The notes beneath the pieces are model-generated. The model had not been told where the DNA came from, ran no database searches, and worked only from the letters and a program-made list of their open reading frames with translations. Below, in pieces: positions 14,278-28,403 of a stretch of 64,000 bases of DNA (the stretch's first letter is position 1; each line of letters opens with the position of its first letter). The translations under genes were made by a program, and so were the position numbers. Source of the stretch: Entomortierella parvispora E1425 (taxonomy: Eukaryota; Fungi; Mortierellomycota); contig BQFW01000015.1 in the NCBI GenBank assembly GCA_020891255.1, positions 2,108,001 to 2,172,000 of the forward strand, in the 5' to 3' direction.

Positions 14278-16447
14278 TTATAAAGAATATGGAGATGCAG
14301 GAAAGAGTACCAGATCCGGTGGGAAGAATACTCTTGTGGGGAAGGGAGGGGTAGCAGGTTGACGATAATAGGCCGAATGGTAATAGTGGGCATATTGATC
14401 ACTTGGATACCATGGCAAGTCGTACCTACCTGCATACTCACCCGTCCCATGAAATGGATAGAATGGAGTCGACATTGGTGGAGTCCCGTAGCCGGCTTCT
14501 TGGGGTATAAACGGATAATATTCTTCAGCGCCAGTGTGGTAAGCGCCGTCTTCCTCTAAGCCTTCTCTTTCTTGTTCGTCGTATTGCTCTTCTGCGTACT
14601 CTTCCTGTTCATCCAGCTGACCCATGGTAGCAAACTCTTCTGTCAATCGCAGTCTTTTGGCACTCTTATCAAAATCAGAGGATATAGCCATGGGTATCGA
14701 AGACTGAGATGGGTGCTGCCTCTTCCTGGACTTTCGTGAAGTATTCTGCTTCCTCGGTAGAGGCTCTGCTGAGGCAGAAAACTTAACAAAACTATCAGCT
14801 TCTGCTTCTTGACTTTCATCCACCATCTCTGTTATTACTTCTGAATCGCCCTCAGCCTCATCCTCGCTTGGAACATACCCCTCCCGTTCAAGTCTCTCAG
14901 CCTCCAACTTTTCAAACTGATCCTTGTCCTCTGCTGCCTGTAATGGCCTCTCATGATGCCGGTTCTTGCTGCGATCAGTCAGCTCACTGAATACTTTGTC
15001 CTCCTTGGACAGTTCCTGTATTGTCAAGTGGTACTCCTTTTGAAGAATCTCGATCGTCTTTAGCTCCGCCTTATCCACGATGCTAACAGCTAATCCAGTT
15101 GTTCCATAGCGTCCTGTTCTTCCAATGCGATGTAGATAAGTCTCTGGGTCCTTTGGAAGGTCGAGGTTTACCACTAAATTGACTCTATCCACATCAATGC
15201 CTCGAGCAATCTACACAGAGTCAACCAAATAGTCAGTGCCTATATCCTTCAAGTCGCATCGAGATGATAGCGGGAGAAAAGCTGTGCATCTTACCAGATC
15301 GCTGCAGACAAGAACTCGTAATTCAAATTTCCTGGTTTTGCTCATAATCTCCAGTCGCTCAGTCTGCGAAATACCCGAGGTGATATGCATGGATGGCCAA
15401 CCTCTCTTGTTAAGAAAAGTGACCAGATTGGATGCACGTCCACGGTGGTTCAAAAATACCATAGCCTGATAAAAGGGCACATGCGTGAAGAGACCTTCTA
15501 GCTCTGAAAACTTGGCTTCTGCCATATAATCCTGCTTCAAAAAGACCGAGCCCTTTTTCTGCTTTTCGTCCAGCTGAGCCACCTTGAAGTACTGCATGAC
15601 ACCTATAGAAAAAAAATCAGGACACTCAGATGTCAGTACTTGGAGTTGCCCCACGAAAACGATACCAGGCATGCACAGGATAAAAGTTACCTTCCAACTC
15701 GGGAGTTCCATCGGTGAGCATGACATATACCGGATTCTTGACAAGATGATCCAGCTCTGCCAATAAGGCGTCGTCGTATGTGGCGGAGAATGCCATCACC
15801 TGCTTTACAGGTCCCAATCCTTTGGCAATGGCAAAGATGTCTCCTTTGAACACGCTCTCCATCAGCTTGTCAGCCTCGTCCAGAACTAGCAATCGGATGT
15901 TGTCTGTTTTCAAATGATCGGTATCCAGCAGAGACTTGATTCTTCCAGGAGTACCCACAACAATGGAGCAGTTTTTCAGGTTCTCCCTGTCCTGTGCAAT
16001 AGGCATGCCACCGATCATGACGTGGCAAGTGACTCTATCCGCCAGTTCGGATCGAACCAGGTTGAGGATCACCTCTTGGATCTGGACCGCAATCTCTCGA
16101 GTGGGGGCAACAATGACGGCCCTTGGAGACTCTATCACCCTGTCCTTGTCCTGTGCAGCTCCATTGGGGGAAGATGTTGTCTGGTTGCTCGATCCCTGTT
16201 GACTGGAGAGCACGGCCTCGATAGCAATAACACTAAAGACGATAGTCTTGCCGGTGCCTGACTTTGCCTGAGCAATGAGATCCAGGCCCAGTCTGCCGAG
16301 AGGAATGGTTTTTAGTTGAATCGGCGACGGTCGCTGGTATCCCGAATTGACCAATCCCTTGAGGAGCGCAGGATTAGAGACGAGGGAGGAGAAGTCGAGG
16401 TCCTCGCTGATGCGCACGTCGCTGGAATGGAACCGGTCGAGGGTCAT
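14278..16447 (-). CDS. DDX20: DEAD-box RNA helicase, DDX20/Gemin3-like (3 exons)
   Basis: Q motif GYQRPSPIQ, motif [25 protein letters not shown] (VLDEADK), SAT, ARGID and [10 protein letters not shown]. The N-terminal SSDV...DFSSL and [20 protein letters not shown], plus a Tyr-rich C-terminal tail, resemble metazoan DDX20. Confidence 0.85.
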
Positions 16448-16780
16448 GGCATGGTCCGCTGGGCTGATTCGAATGACTTGGCATGAAAGAAAGAAAATCA
16501 AAAAAAGAGAAAAGGCACGAAGGTCTTTTTGTGTGGCTGAATCGGGACTCGAATCCCTCTCTTCTTTCCTTCATGAAGTCACACGGCCCTTTTTTTTCTG
16601 TTCCTTGGCACTCTCCCGTCTCTTCTCGCTTGCCTCCTCTTCTCCACACGCACACACTGTCTTTCTGCCCTTACCCCTCGCTTCCTCGCCTCTCTCCCTT
16701 CTCTTTCCTCCTCCCCTTCTCTTTCCTCCTCCCCTTCCTCCTCTTCCTTCTCCCGCCCACCCTCTTCCCTATACCCCACA

Positions 16781-18029
16781 ATGGACGCTACCTGGGGCTC
16801 AAAGCTGGGCCTCATTGCCGACAGCACTCTCGTCACAGTCTTTGAGCGGAACAGATGTCGAACCAATGGCCTCAGCTCTACATCTCAAGACAAGACCATC
16901 GAAAAGAACATGCCTCGTCTGCGGGAGGGCCTAAAGCAATTGGAAGAAGAACTCTCGCAGGCAGAACAAGACGGTTCTGTGTATGAACTCTTTGTTCCTT
17001 TTTTTTCCCTTTTTTTTTTTTTTCTTGTGGACTCTGTTCAGACTTGTTGCTCACATTTTCTCGCCACGTTTCATGTCGTAGGCCTTCTAAAGAACTCGCA
17101 AGTCGAGAAGATACCCTAATCAAGTTGCAGCAACAACTTGAGAAACTAGAGGCGCTCTTACAGGACAAGGATGATGCCGATGCAAGGTAAAAAAAACGAC
17201 GACGACGACGACTCTCTACTGTCAAACAAGCTCACTGCAAGGGCTAATGGCTTCATGGGATACGTTGAGAGACGCCATGGGAAAAGTGAGCGTTAGCTTC
17301 GAACACAAGAACTGATTGATCCCTAACTGCTGTTGGGCCACGTCTATTCGTTTTCTTTTAGGGCTGTATTGTTGGGCTTGAACCAAGGATCGACTAGACA
17401 TTCGAGATCCAAAGTCGTACGGTTTTCAGAAAATGAAGTGGAAGTCGACAATCTGGACAACAGTCAAATGCTGCAACTTCAACAAAGGATTGTGGAAGGT
17501 AAGGAAAATAATACAGGACGCAACACGTCAGAAAAAAAAATGATCATGTTATCAATGTTGGACAAAACAGCCAACAAATCGAAACGAGGCTCTTTTGTGC
17601 CTGGAAGAGAATGGGGTGTTAATTGAAAATTGCTTGCCTCATCTTGTTCATCATTAGACCAGGACCAGAATATGGACCGCCTGAGCGAAGCATTGGGACG
17701 TCAACAAGAGATTGGCTTGATGATTGGAGATGAACTCGATACACACATAGACATGCTGGAAGACACGGATCATTTGGTGGAGCGTACCGGGAACCGGTTG
17801 CAGATTGCAAGCAAGCAGTTGTCCAGGGTCGCAAAAGGCACCAAGGGCTGTGGTAAGAACTATGGGAGAAACGGCTTCAATCTCTTGGCACTGCGCGAAG
17901 GGCCTACTGCTTGTTCTTGAGCAATACACACATGCACACATGCTAACAATGTTACCCTTGCTTCTTGTAGGATCATGGATGATCATTATGGGTCTAGTTG
18001 TTGTCCTCATTATTGTCATCAAGCTATAA
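16781..18029 (+). CDS. SYN8: Qc-SNARE, syntaxin-8/Syn8-like (5 exons)
   Basis: Helical N-terminal Habc region, SNARE motif DQDQNMDRLSEALGRQQEIGLMIGDELDTHIDMLEDTD (central Gln in GRQQEIG), and C-terminal TM SWMIIMGLVVVLIIVIKL*. Confidence 0.85.
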
Positions 18030-18388
18030 ACGAACAACTCCCAGAAAGTAAATAGTCGACTAGGAAGAAAAATTATATATCAATATTTTTCTTTTCCTTG
18101 CAAACCCAACGCGCCACACTGTAATAATTATGACCAGTGTACACGGATGTCCATGTGCGGCTAGGCAGACCTTTTTTTATTTCCGAGCGCAGTGGACTGA
18201 AGACAAACGGCGGAGTAACGCGCAGGAAATGCGGGGCAGCAGTAGAAAGTGAATCATCCTGCTGCCCAGTGCCCAGTCACACATTTTCGCACGCGGAGCG
18301 ATCTTGCATATAGGAGGCTGCCTGCATCATGTCTTCTTCCTCTCATCATCCCTTGCATTCAACCTCATCCACTTCTCACAACACAACC

Positions 18389-19738
18389 ATGTCGGCCGTC
18401 CAGAACAACACCCATGAGCATCTTCTCCCTCCCAACTGGAAGACAAAGATCACAGAATGGCTCCAGGAAGACATTCCTTCGTTCGACTATGGCGGATATG
18501 TCGTGGGAGAAAAACCAACCACCGCTATTCTTTATGGCAAGAGCGAGGTATAAACACTCTCCCATGGACTCTTTCCCAGACCCATCTTCGTTCTTGTTGC
18601 AGTATAGTTGTTTGCTGCCATTGTTGGATAGAGTCACTGACAGGACGCTCTTTGCAAATCGTAGGGCGTTGTCGCCGGCGTTCCGTTCTTCACCGAGATC
18701 TTTGAGCAACTCGGATGCCGGTGAGTTATTTCCCTCCTTCTCTTTCTCCTCTTCATTTATACCCCTCGTCGAACAGTGCTTCCATTACCCTTGCCTTGAC
18801 GCCTGTATGACTGATCTGTCCATCTCTCCATCTTGACCCCCTCCTCTCAGCGTCGAATGGCATGTCAAGGAAGGCGAGGTCTTAAAGCCCATCCAGACCT
18901 GTGCCCATGTGTATGGACCTGTCCGCCAGATCTTGATCGGAGAGCGTACTGCGCTCAACATGATGGCTCGCTGCAGTGGCATTGCCTCGCAGGCTCACCG
19001 TCTTCGTCTCTTGAAGGAAAAGAATGGCTTCAAGGGCGTGATTGCAGGCACCCGAAAGACGACTCCTGGCTTCCGTTTGGTCGAGAAGTACGGCATGTTG
19101 GTCGGAGGTGCTGATACCCATCGTATGGACCTTTCGTCCATGATCATGCTCAAGGACAACCATGTCTGGAGCACAGGTAAAAGACCAATGAACAGGGCAA
19201 CCGCTTAAATATGGATCAAAACAACGAAAGAAAACATGGTTATTAATGCACAGTTTTTTATTTTTTTTTTGGGTTTACCCATTTCGCTGCATCAGGCTCC
19301 ATCACGGCTGCTGTTCAAAAGGCCAAGGCCGTCGGAGGCTTTGCGTTGAAGATCGAGGTCGAGTGCCGCTCAGAGGAGGAGGCTGATGAGGCTATTGCTG
19401 CTGGTGCCGACATTGTGATGCTCGACAACTTCAAGGGCGATGCCCTCAAGGCCGCTGGTGCCAGCATCAAACAGCGCTGGGCTGCCAAGGGTCGTCAAGT
19501 CTTGATCGAGTGCAGCGGTGGAGTTACTGAGCAGACTATCGAGAGCTACTTTTGCGATGGTAAGCCCCTCACTTTCTCTTTTTTTTTTATTTTTTTTTTT
19601 TTTTCAATGCACAACCGCATCTAATCAATCTTGCACTATTTGTTTCCTTTCATTCTAGCCATTGATATCATCAGCTTGGGATCCATGACCCAGGGCGTCT
19701 CCTTTGTGGACTTTTCTCTCAAGGTCCAGAAGGATTAA
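18389..19738 (+). CDS. BNA6: Nicotinate-nucleotide pyrophosphorylase (quinolinate phosphoribosyltransferase; 5 exons)
   Basis: Motifs [83 protein letters not shown] and [11 protein letters not shown]. Confidence 0.97.
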
Positions 19739-19998
19739 GCTTGCAACTGTACTTTTTTTTGACCACGCAAATAAACATATCTATATCCAACCACATCCAC
19801 AGGCCTTGAACGATGCAAGATATAAGAGCAAACCAGGGATAAAAAGGCGAAGGAAAAACAGTGAAACGTAAGGACGCCAGCAGTGTGATCGCTTTAGAAC
19901 CGTATCCCTCCTATGAATCATTTGGACGTCCGGATTGAAAGAAAATTCGTTTTAATAGGACCCTTCTATGAAGAAATCGAGCTTTGTCTGCCCTTTCT

Positions 19999-21280
19999 CT
20001 AAACAATACGATCCATGTCTCTGGCATAGAACATTGTCTGCTTGATGATCTGCTCTGAAGGAATGTTGATCTTTTCGTCCGCATCCGAATGGAAGTACGC
20101 CTTTTGTTCAGCAGGGTTGACCTTCCAGTTTCTCTACAGAACATTCAATTGAAAGGTATTACTTGTCAATACGTTTTTTACAATAGTTGGGTGACTCTGC
20201 GGTTGGTTAAAAAAACCATAGGAACGCCATCCTTACCTCCTGAGCAAAGTTGAGAATGTCGGCCATGTTTGTAAAGAACAGCAAGGTTCCTGCATCAGCA
20301 AGAGGCAAGCTCGTGTATGCTTTTTCGCTGCAACTGGCAATCTCATTTCTATAGAGGAAAAAAAAATAATAAAAACTGTTTTAGTAAACTTGTTCGGATC
20401 ATTCGACCGAACATGAAACCAAAAGACAAGCAATGCTTAGCTTATTACCTGATCGTATCCATCAAAATGTCGATGAAGAAGAGGTACTCCTTGGAAGGAA
20501 CCTCTGACCGTGAGCTCCACACCCTGTTGTAACTTCCCTCCATCAAAGACTGCTCCAACTTGATAGGGTGTTGGATCGCAGGGTTGCTGTGCAGTTGTTC
20601 TGGGTCAATGGTCTCCAATGCGGTGTGAAAGTCTGAGATCCTGTTCTGGGACAAAAGACAGAGCAAGTTGAGTCCGATCAGGTTGTATTTGAGAGGCGAC
20701 GCAGGCAGGTTGCTAAAAAAAAATTGAAAAATAAAATCAGTCATCCAATTTGGGGGGGGGGGGTTGCCGAGGTCATAGAATCCTTACGGGTGGTCGTTAT
20801 AGTAGGTCTGAAGCTGAGCCATGTAACGCTCGAATGAAGGAATATCCTTTGTGCGAACACTCCACTGTGCTCCAATCTCGAGGACATCACCTATGTGATA
20901 AAAAGAAGAGTCCTCTGGTAAGAAGAAGAATCCAAGGTCAACTGTCCTCATGGAGATAAAGATAAAGTCGTATTCGATTCCTTACGCGCCAATGTGAGCT
21001 CCTCAATGTTGTTGTGCTTGTCGTCATGTGTCAAGTACTGAAGCTCGATCAGCGCAATCTAGAAGCGATGTAAGGAGTTGGGAGCAATGTCAGTCAAGCG
21101 CATGAAGCTCCTTCCTAATGAAATGGCAACAAGGTGATTCAAGTCGCCTAAAGACCTGTCAAGAGCCGTCCATACCTTGAGCTGAGAAAGATATTGTCCG
21201 CACTTTGCAAGGTCTGGGTTGGGCTTGTTGTACTCCTGGCTAAGGGCCTGTGCAAGCTTCTTGACTTCTGGGACGGCCAT
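19999..21280 (-). CDS. RPN12: 26S proteasome lid subunit Rpn12/PSMD8 (6 exons)
   Basis: Spliced product with [85 protein letters not shown] and C-terminal YARDMDRIV*. Confidence 0.96.
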
Positions 21281-22384
21281 TGCTACTAGTTTCGAGTCTG
21301 CGTGTTGCTGTTGGTGTAGGTGATTGTGAGCGTCGAGGGAGGCGAGTGAATGCGGGTGTTGTCCTGCGTCCTGGAGATGTGTCTGTGTGTGTGTGTGTTT
21401 TGGCGAATGAATAAAAAAGAAAACCAGAAGAAGACAAGGAACCCTACCTGACTCCATGCACGCCGTCGCACATCTCTTGCGGACGCGCAACGCCTTTGCG
21501 CGCGCGGGTGACGTCAACAATTTTTTTTTGGGCTTGGAAATAGTGAAAATGGTAGTTTTTTCAGGGATTGCGAGACGCGTTCGTGCAGAAACCCTCTTGT
21601 GAAGGTCATACAAACATAGGACGTGGGAGGGTCCGCTGCTTCTGTACTCGGAAGAATGGAAGAGAGGAACAACTTCGCAATGACCATGGACGAGAGAATT
21701 GGAAGCCACGTTCTTCCCTGCCTTTTTCTGCCAGCTCTACGCAGTCAGTAGATGGTTAGAAACAGGGTCAATTACATGCTACCCATATGCTACCGTCGTT
21801 GCTTGGGGATCATCCTTGGTCAAGATCGATATTCCATCCTCTATGATCGCACAGCAACGTTTTCCGAGCAGGGACTCCGGGTCAACTCCAACAACCGAAA
21901 ACATATAACGTAGTACCATCATGCAGGTCGTGGGTTTCTTTCGACATCATTTTATTTATTGCAGTCCATTGATAGTTGGGACCAACTCTGACAGCCCACT
22001 GATGCTTCCTTCTCGCCTCCCTAACGCACTTGGGAATAATGCGAAAGAAAGAAAGAAGAAGAAAAGGAAGAAAAAAAAAGTCTCAACTGCCAGATTCCAA
22101 TGTTAGGACGAATCCGCTTCCGGAAAGATGCCCCGGTCTGGTGCATTGACATGCACCATGAAGCATGATGTTACGATTCCAACTGTGAAGTACATGGGCA
22201 ATTGCATGGCTGCAGAGTCCTATGCTGGCTGCGAGTCGCCAATGGCACGAATGAGCGAGATGGGGATGCATAAAGTTCATTCGCTTGTCTGCCATTCTGG
22301 TCCCCCTCCCCCCTCCACTTTTGTATGTTGTTGGTCTAGTGCGCTGGGATGCACTCGATCCTCTCTCTTCTCTTTCTCCCTCAC

Positions 22385-22390
<6 letters not shown>

Positions 22391-22426
<36 letters not shown>
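22391..22426. repeat. (CT)18 microsatellite upstream of the kinase gene
   Basis: Perfect dinucleotide run read directly. Confidence 0.95.
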
Positions 22427-22433
<7 letters not shown>

Positions 22434-22660
22434 CTTTCTCTCTTCCCTCCTTTCGCCTCTTCTTTCTTTACTGCTGTTTGCCAGTTGCCCTCCTGCAGTG
22501 CCACCATTGCCCTTTGTAACGCTCTTCCCTAATCATTATCAGAAGACAACTAATATCCGCGACGCGTCCCTTCGTATCACCAGCAACCTTGTCAACCTTG
22601 TCAACCTACCAAATTAGACCTTCGTCCTCATTGCTTCACTAGCATACCCCTTCTTTCAAC

Positions 22661-25499
22661 ATGAACACTGCAGCGCCTCTTTCCAACACTGCTCAGACTC
22701 AGGCCGATATTCAGGATTCGTTCACAGCAGAGAGAATTTCTGCCCAGGAGGCGATGAAGGGTATGAGGATCAGCGAGCCTCAGGTACAGAATGATATCTT
22801 CGCAACCGTCCTATTCTGCTTCACCTCGTTCCCTTTTTCACGCGTGCGTTCCTCCAACAATTGACCTGACTTTGTCTCCAACCCTTCAACACGCACTCTC
22901 TTTCTCACTTCCCTTCCTCACTTTCTCCTCTTTCACAGACTGTTCGCAGAAGAATGTCTACCGATGCTGATGAGAGCTACATAGCTTCGCGCGTGGAGCG
23001 ACACTTGGCCAGTCGTGCGCAAAGTGTACGAGAGTCCTCCAAGCAATCTCACCATCACCATGCCCATCATCACCATCAACCACAGCACCAGTATCAACCG
23101 AACATCCAATCCAACGCGGCTGCAGCCACTGACGATCGCCGTAGACGATCCTCCAGGGATGACTACAGACATACCACCCCTGCAGAGACTCGCAGTCATA
23201 GCAACAACATGTCCAGCACCCAGAACACCGCCATTGATACTGCCGTCCCAGCTCAGCATCAGCAATACCGCCAACCACACAGCTACTCTTCTGCTGCACC
23301 AGAAGATGATGTACAGAAGCAGCAGTCAACTCAATCACAGCAGCACCATTCTGCACCAGCTTCTCCGGCCCCCTCGACTGCCAGTGTTCAGCAACCCTCT
23401 TCTGGCCGACAGTCGAGATTGAGCAACGCTGGCAGCAGCAGAGTAAGTCGGCCCTCCTTTGCTTTTTCTTCACTGCTGCCTCTCTCGCACTCGTTATTTC
23501 TCTCTTTCTCGTCGCATCCAAAGACAAAATAGCCAGTACCTGCCCTCCATCTTCATCGAAACTGATATCTTCTCGATGTATACCTTCCTTCCCTTTCTTT
23601 TTTTTTTTTTTTTTGTGTTGACCCCGTTCTCTTCCGTCTCATTGCAATAATTGCATTTTTTTTAGGAGTCATACCGTCGCAAGTATGGCGAGATCCCCGG
23701 CTACTCTTACATTGGCACCATTGGTCAGGGCAATTTTGGAAAGGTCTTGTTGGCGGAGAATGACATGACGGGAGAACAGGTGGCGGTCAAGATCCTGGAA
23801 AAGGCGCAATTCAAGAGTGAACAACAGCGTTTGCATGCGACCCGGGAGGCTCGATTGATGAAGACGTTGCGCCACTCCTACATTGTCGACGTGAAGGATG
23901 TCTTGGAGGATGAACATCGTATCCTGATCATCATGGAAAACCTGACAGGGGGCGAGCTCTTTGATTACATCTCCAACAAGGGCTCTTTGGAGGAGAAGGA
24001 GGCCCGTCGGATCTTTCACCAGATTGTGCAGGCGATTCACTATTGTCATGAGAACAATGTCGTCCACCGAGACTTGAAGCCAGAAAACATCTTGTTGGAC
24101 GGCGACAAGAACGTGCGGGTGGCCGACTTTGGATTTGGAAACAACTGGCACAAGGACCGACATTTGACCACGTACTGTGGATCGCCCTTCTATGCAGCGT
24201 AAGTAGTTTGGGCTATAGTCTTTTCTCTATGTGGAATGAGGCTCCCCAGACCGAAAAGCTACTCTTTTTTTTATTATTATTAACGCGGTGCAATGGTCTG
24301 TATCGGAAAATAGCCCTGAGATGGTGAGTGGAACTCCCTACATTGGACCAGAGACGGATGTCTGGAGTCTGGGTGTCATCCTCTATGTTCTCGTCTGTGG
24401 CCGTCTCCCCTTTGACGCTGGCGATCTGCCTCAGCTCTTTGCCCAAATCAAGCGTGGAAACTACCAAAAGCCACGTGAAGGATCCATCGGTAAAAAAAAA
24501 TGAAGCAATGTTCCGTACTCATTCCACTCCATGTCTCTCTGTGCAGATAAGTTCAAGATCGTCGTCGCACAGGCTACCAAAAAAATAGAGACTAACAACA
24601 CGCTTGTTTTTTTAGATGTTTGTTCGTTGATCCATCGCATGCTCACTGTAGATCCTAAGCGTCGCGCGACCTTGACAGATGTCCTTCGCTCTCGTTGGAT
24701 GCGCGCGGAGGGTAGCACCGTGGACCCGATGGCAACCACCTTGCCCGCTCTTTCGACTGCCCCGCCAACGTTTCGCCCCGCTCCCAGTCGTCCTCAGCAG
24801 CCCACAGTGGCCGTTGTGCCCCAGCAGCCACAACAACCACAGCGGCAGCAACAGGCCCTCTCTGCGGGGCTGAACACCTTTCATCCCAACAACGACATCA
24901 GTACCACCATGGCTGGTGGCCCTGGTCCTGCAGCGCCACAGGTGCCCCCAACGGTCGTGACCATACCCTCGTATCATCACCAACACCACCAGCAGCAGCA
25001 CCAGGTGCCAGTCCAGAGCCACCGCCATTCATACCATCCTCCTGGTGCGCACGATGTCCAGCCTCTGGCCATTCCTCCCTTTCAACAGCCAGTTCTGATG
25101 CTCCAGTCCCCTCTCTCGCCGGATCCTACTTTGCAGGACGATCAAATGAGCGATGTTTCCGCCTCGATGACCAGTTCACCCACAGAAACCATGGCGACCA
25201 TCTCGCCCAGCACCCCCATCGGGCATGGACCCAGAGATGACGCCCTTCTCCTTGCTGCAGGAACGTATCAAAAGCGCTCCAGCTCCTATGATGAGAAGCA
25301 CCACCCTTACAAGAACCATACCCGCGCCAACTCTACTCATCACCATCACCACCGCCAACAAGGTGCTGAAACCGTCATGATCAACATGTGTCCCTCCACC
25401 GATGCCCTCATGGACGGCTTTGACTCGTCCTCGAAAAAGAAGAGAAAGGCCCTGACAAAGCTCCGTCAGTTCTTTCGCCTCGAGACCAACAAATGTTAA
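22661..25499 (+). CDS. Ser/Thr protein kinase, CAMKL group (AMPK/Kin1/MARK/NUAK-related), with low-complexity N- and C-terminal extensions (5 exons)
   Basis: Kinase motifs [66 protein letters not shown] and MLTVDPKRR. Exon 1 start at 22661 is inferred from splice signals. Confidence 0.9.
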
Positions 25500-25734
25500 A
25501 TAATAGCAAGAAAAAGAAAAAAAGACTACAAAAAAAAAACTCAAGTTTACCCACCGTAGTACCTCGATTACCCCCCCCTACTCTGTCGATCTTTGTCAAT
25601 CCCAAACCCAAACGACCATTTTACTGTCTGCATACGGTACATTCAATAAACGTTACAAGGCACCTTTTTTTTTGGAGAATTTTTTTTCTCGTTTATTATC
25701 TCTTTAACACGCCTGATTTCTGTACAGCTACCAT

Positions 25735-27167
<1,433 letters not shown>

Positions 27168-27656
27168 CGTGGATTCGGGTCGTGATTTGGGGGGGGGGGG
27201 AAGGGGAGAGAGTCGAAATGGGATGTGGATGGAAACAAAGAAAAGAAGCGAAAAAATTGAGGCGAGGCGGACAAATACGAGCGAACTTCGCAGGAGCGAC
27301 ACACCACAAGACCGCCTCCCTGTCTCTCTGTCTCTCTGTGTGATTTGATGTTGTGTGCCTCTCCGTTCCTTTTCTTTCTTTTCTATCTTTCTTTCTTGAT
27401 CCCTATATTCCTATCAATATACCGACGCCCAACTAACTGCATTGCAGCATCCCTGTCCTCTTGACCACCTACCACCTACAATAGAACCCCAGATATCATC
27501 ATCATGAAGATCTCCCCCACCCAGCAAAATAGAGAGCTCTGCCTCGAAGAACACGGCAGAACTTAAGGGTCTCACGTTAAGGGCCTCAACGTGACGTCAT
27601 AAAAGAAGAAATGGCGATCATCACGTGATCCTCGGGATCTGAACAAATAAAAAGAA

Positions 27657-27681
27657 TGCGACCTGTGTGGATTGAACACAC

Positions 27682-27722
<41 letters not shown>

Positions 27723-27729
27723 AGGTCGC
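27657..27729 (-). tRNA. tRNA-Phe (GAA), intronless
   Basis: Minus strand GCGACCT TA GCTC AGTTGGGA GAGC G TCAGA CT GAA GA TCTGA AGGTC GTGTG TTCAATC CACAC AGGTCGC A folds into a complete cloverleaf. A T5 Pol III terminator follows at 27649-27653. Confidence 0.97.
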
Positions 27730-28329
27730 TTTTCAGATGATGTCATGGGAAAAGTCTGTGGGTTAGGTTCCCATTTTCAAAAGTCAAAAACTGGTTCCCT
27801 TGAATTTAGGGCTCATATACCACTTAAAGATCCTCAAAACACTATTCTATGAACTCCTGAAGCTTTTCTGATACCAAAGGACCAAAAAAACTTCATCAAT
27901 TGCGAAGATTAAAAAAAAAAAAAAAAAATACGCGGAATAGCGCAAAAAAAAACACGCGGACTAGAATATGATGTTATCAACCAATTAGCGGCTTCTTTGT
28001 CTACATGGCAGAGATCGGCCTGTATTGCGGCTGAAATTTGATCATGGAAAGCCACAAAGACTTGTAGAAGCCGACAAAAAAATATCTCGACAAAACTGGG
28101 GAGGAAAGAACTCTAACAGAACACTATATGTGTAGTCAGAATGCTTACCGATCTGATGCTTCTACTTCCCTGTAATGATACCATCTAATGGACAAATTGA
28201 GCTGCTTTTTGGCCCTTTTTTTTTCTTATGGAAGCCATGAAAACAGGTCGCTTGCGCTGCAATGATTTTGATCACGTGATTTTGTAAAGACTTAGCGGAC
28301 TTAGGATATCCTCCGATATCTTCAAATCA

Positions 28330-28403
28330 GTTTGTATGGTGTAGTTGGTTATCACGTCTGTCTAACACACAGACGGTCCTCGGTTCAAGTCCGAGTACAA
28401 ACA
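28330..28403 (+). tRNA. tRNA-Val (AAC), intronless
   Basis: Acceptor stem GTTTGTA/TACAAAC+A, anticodon arm TCTGT CT AAC AC ACAGA, T arm CTCGG TTCAAGT CCGAG, followed by TTTT at 28405-28408. Confidence 0.97.

Noticed and set aside
21559-21908. GC-balanced intergenic stretch with short ORFs between RPN12 and the kinase
   Set aside because: No ORF over 70 aa with recognisable motifs and no coherent exon chain could be built.
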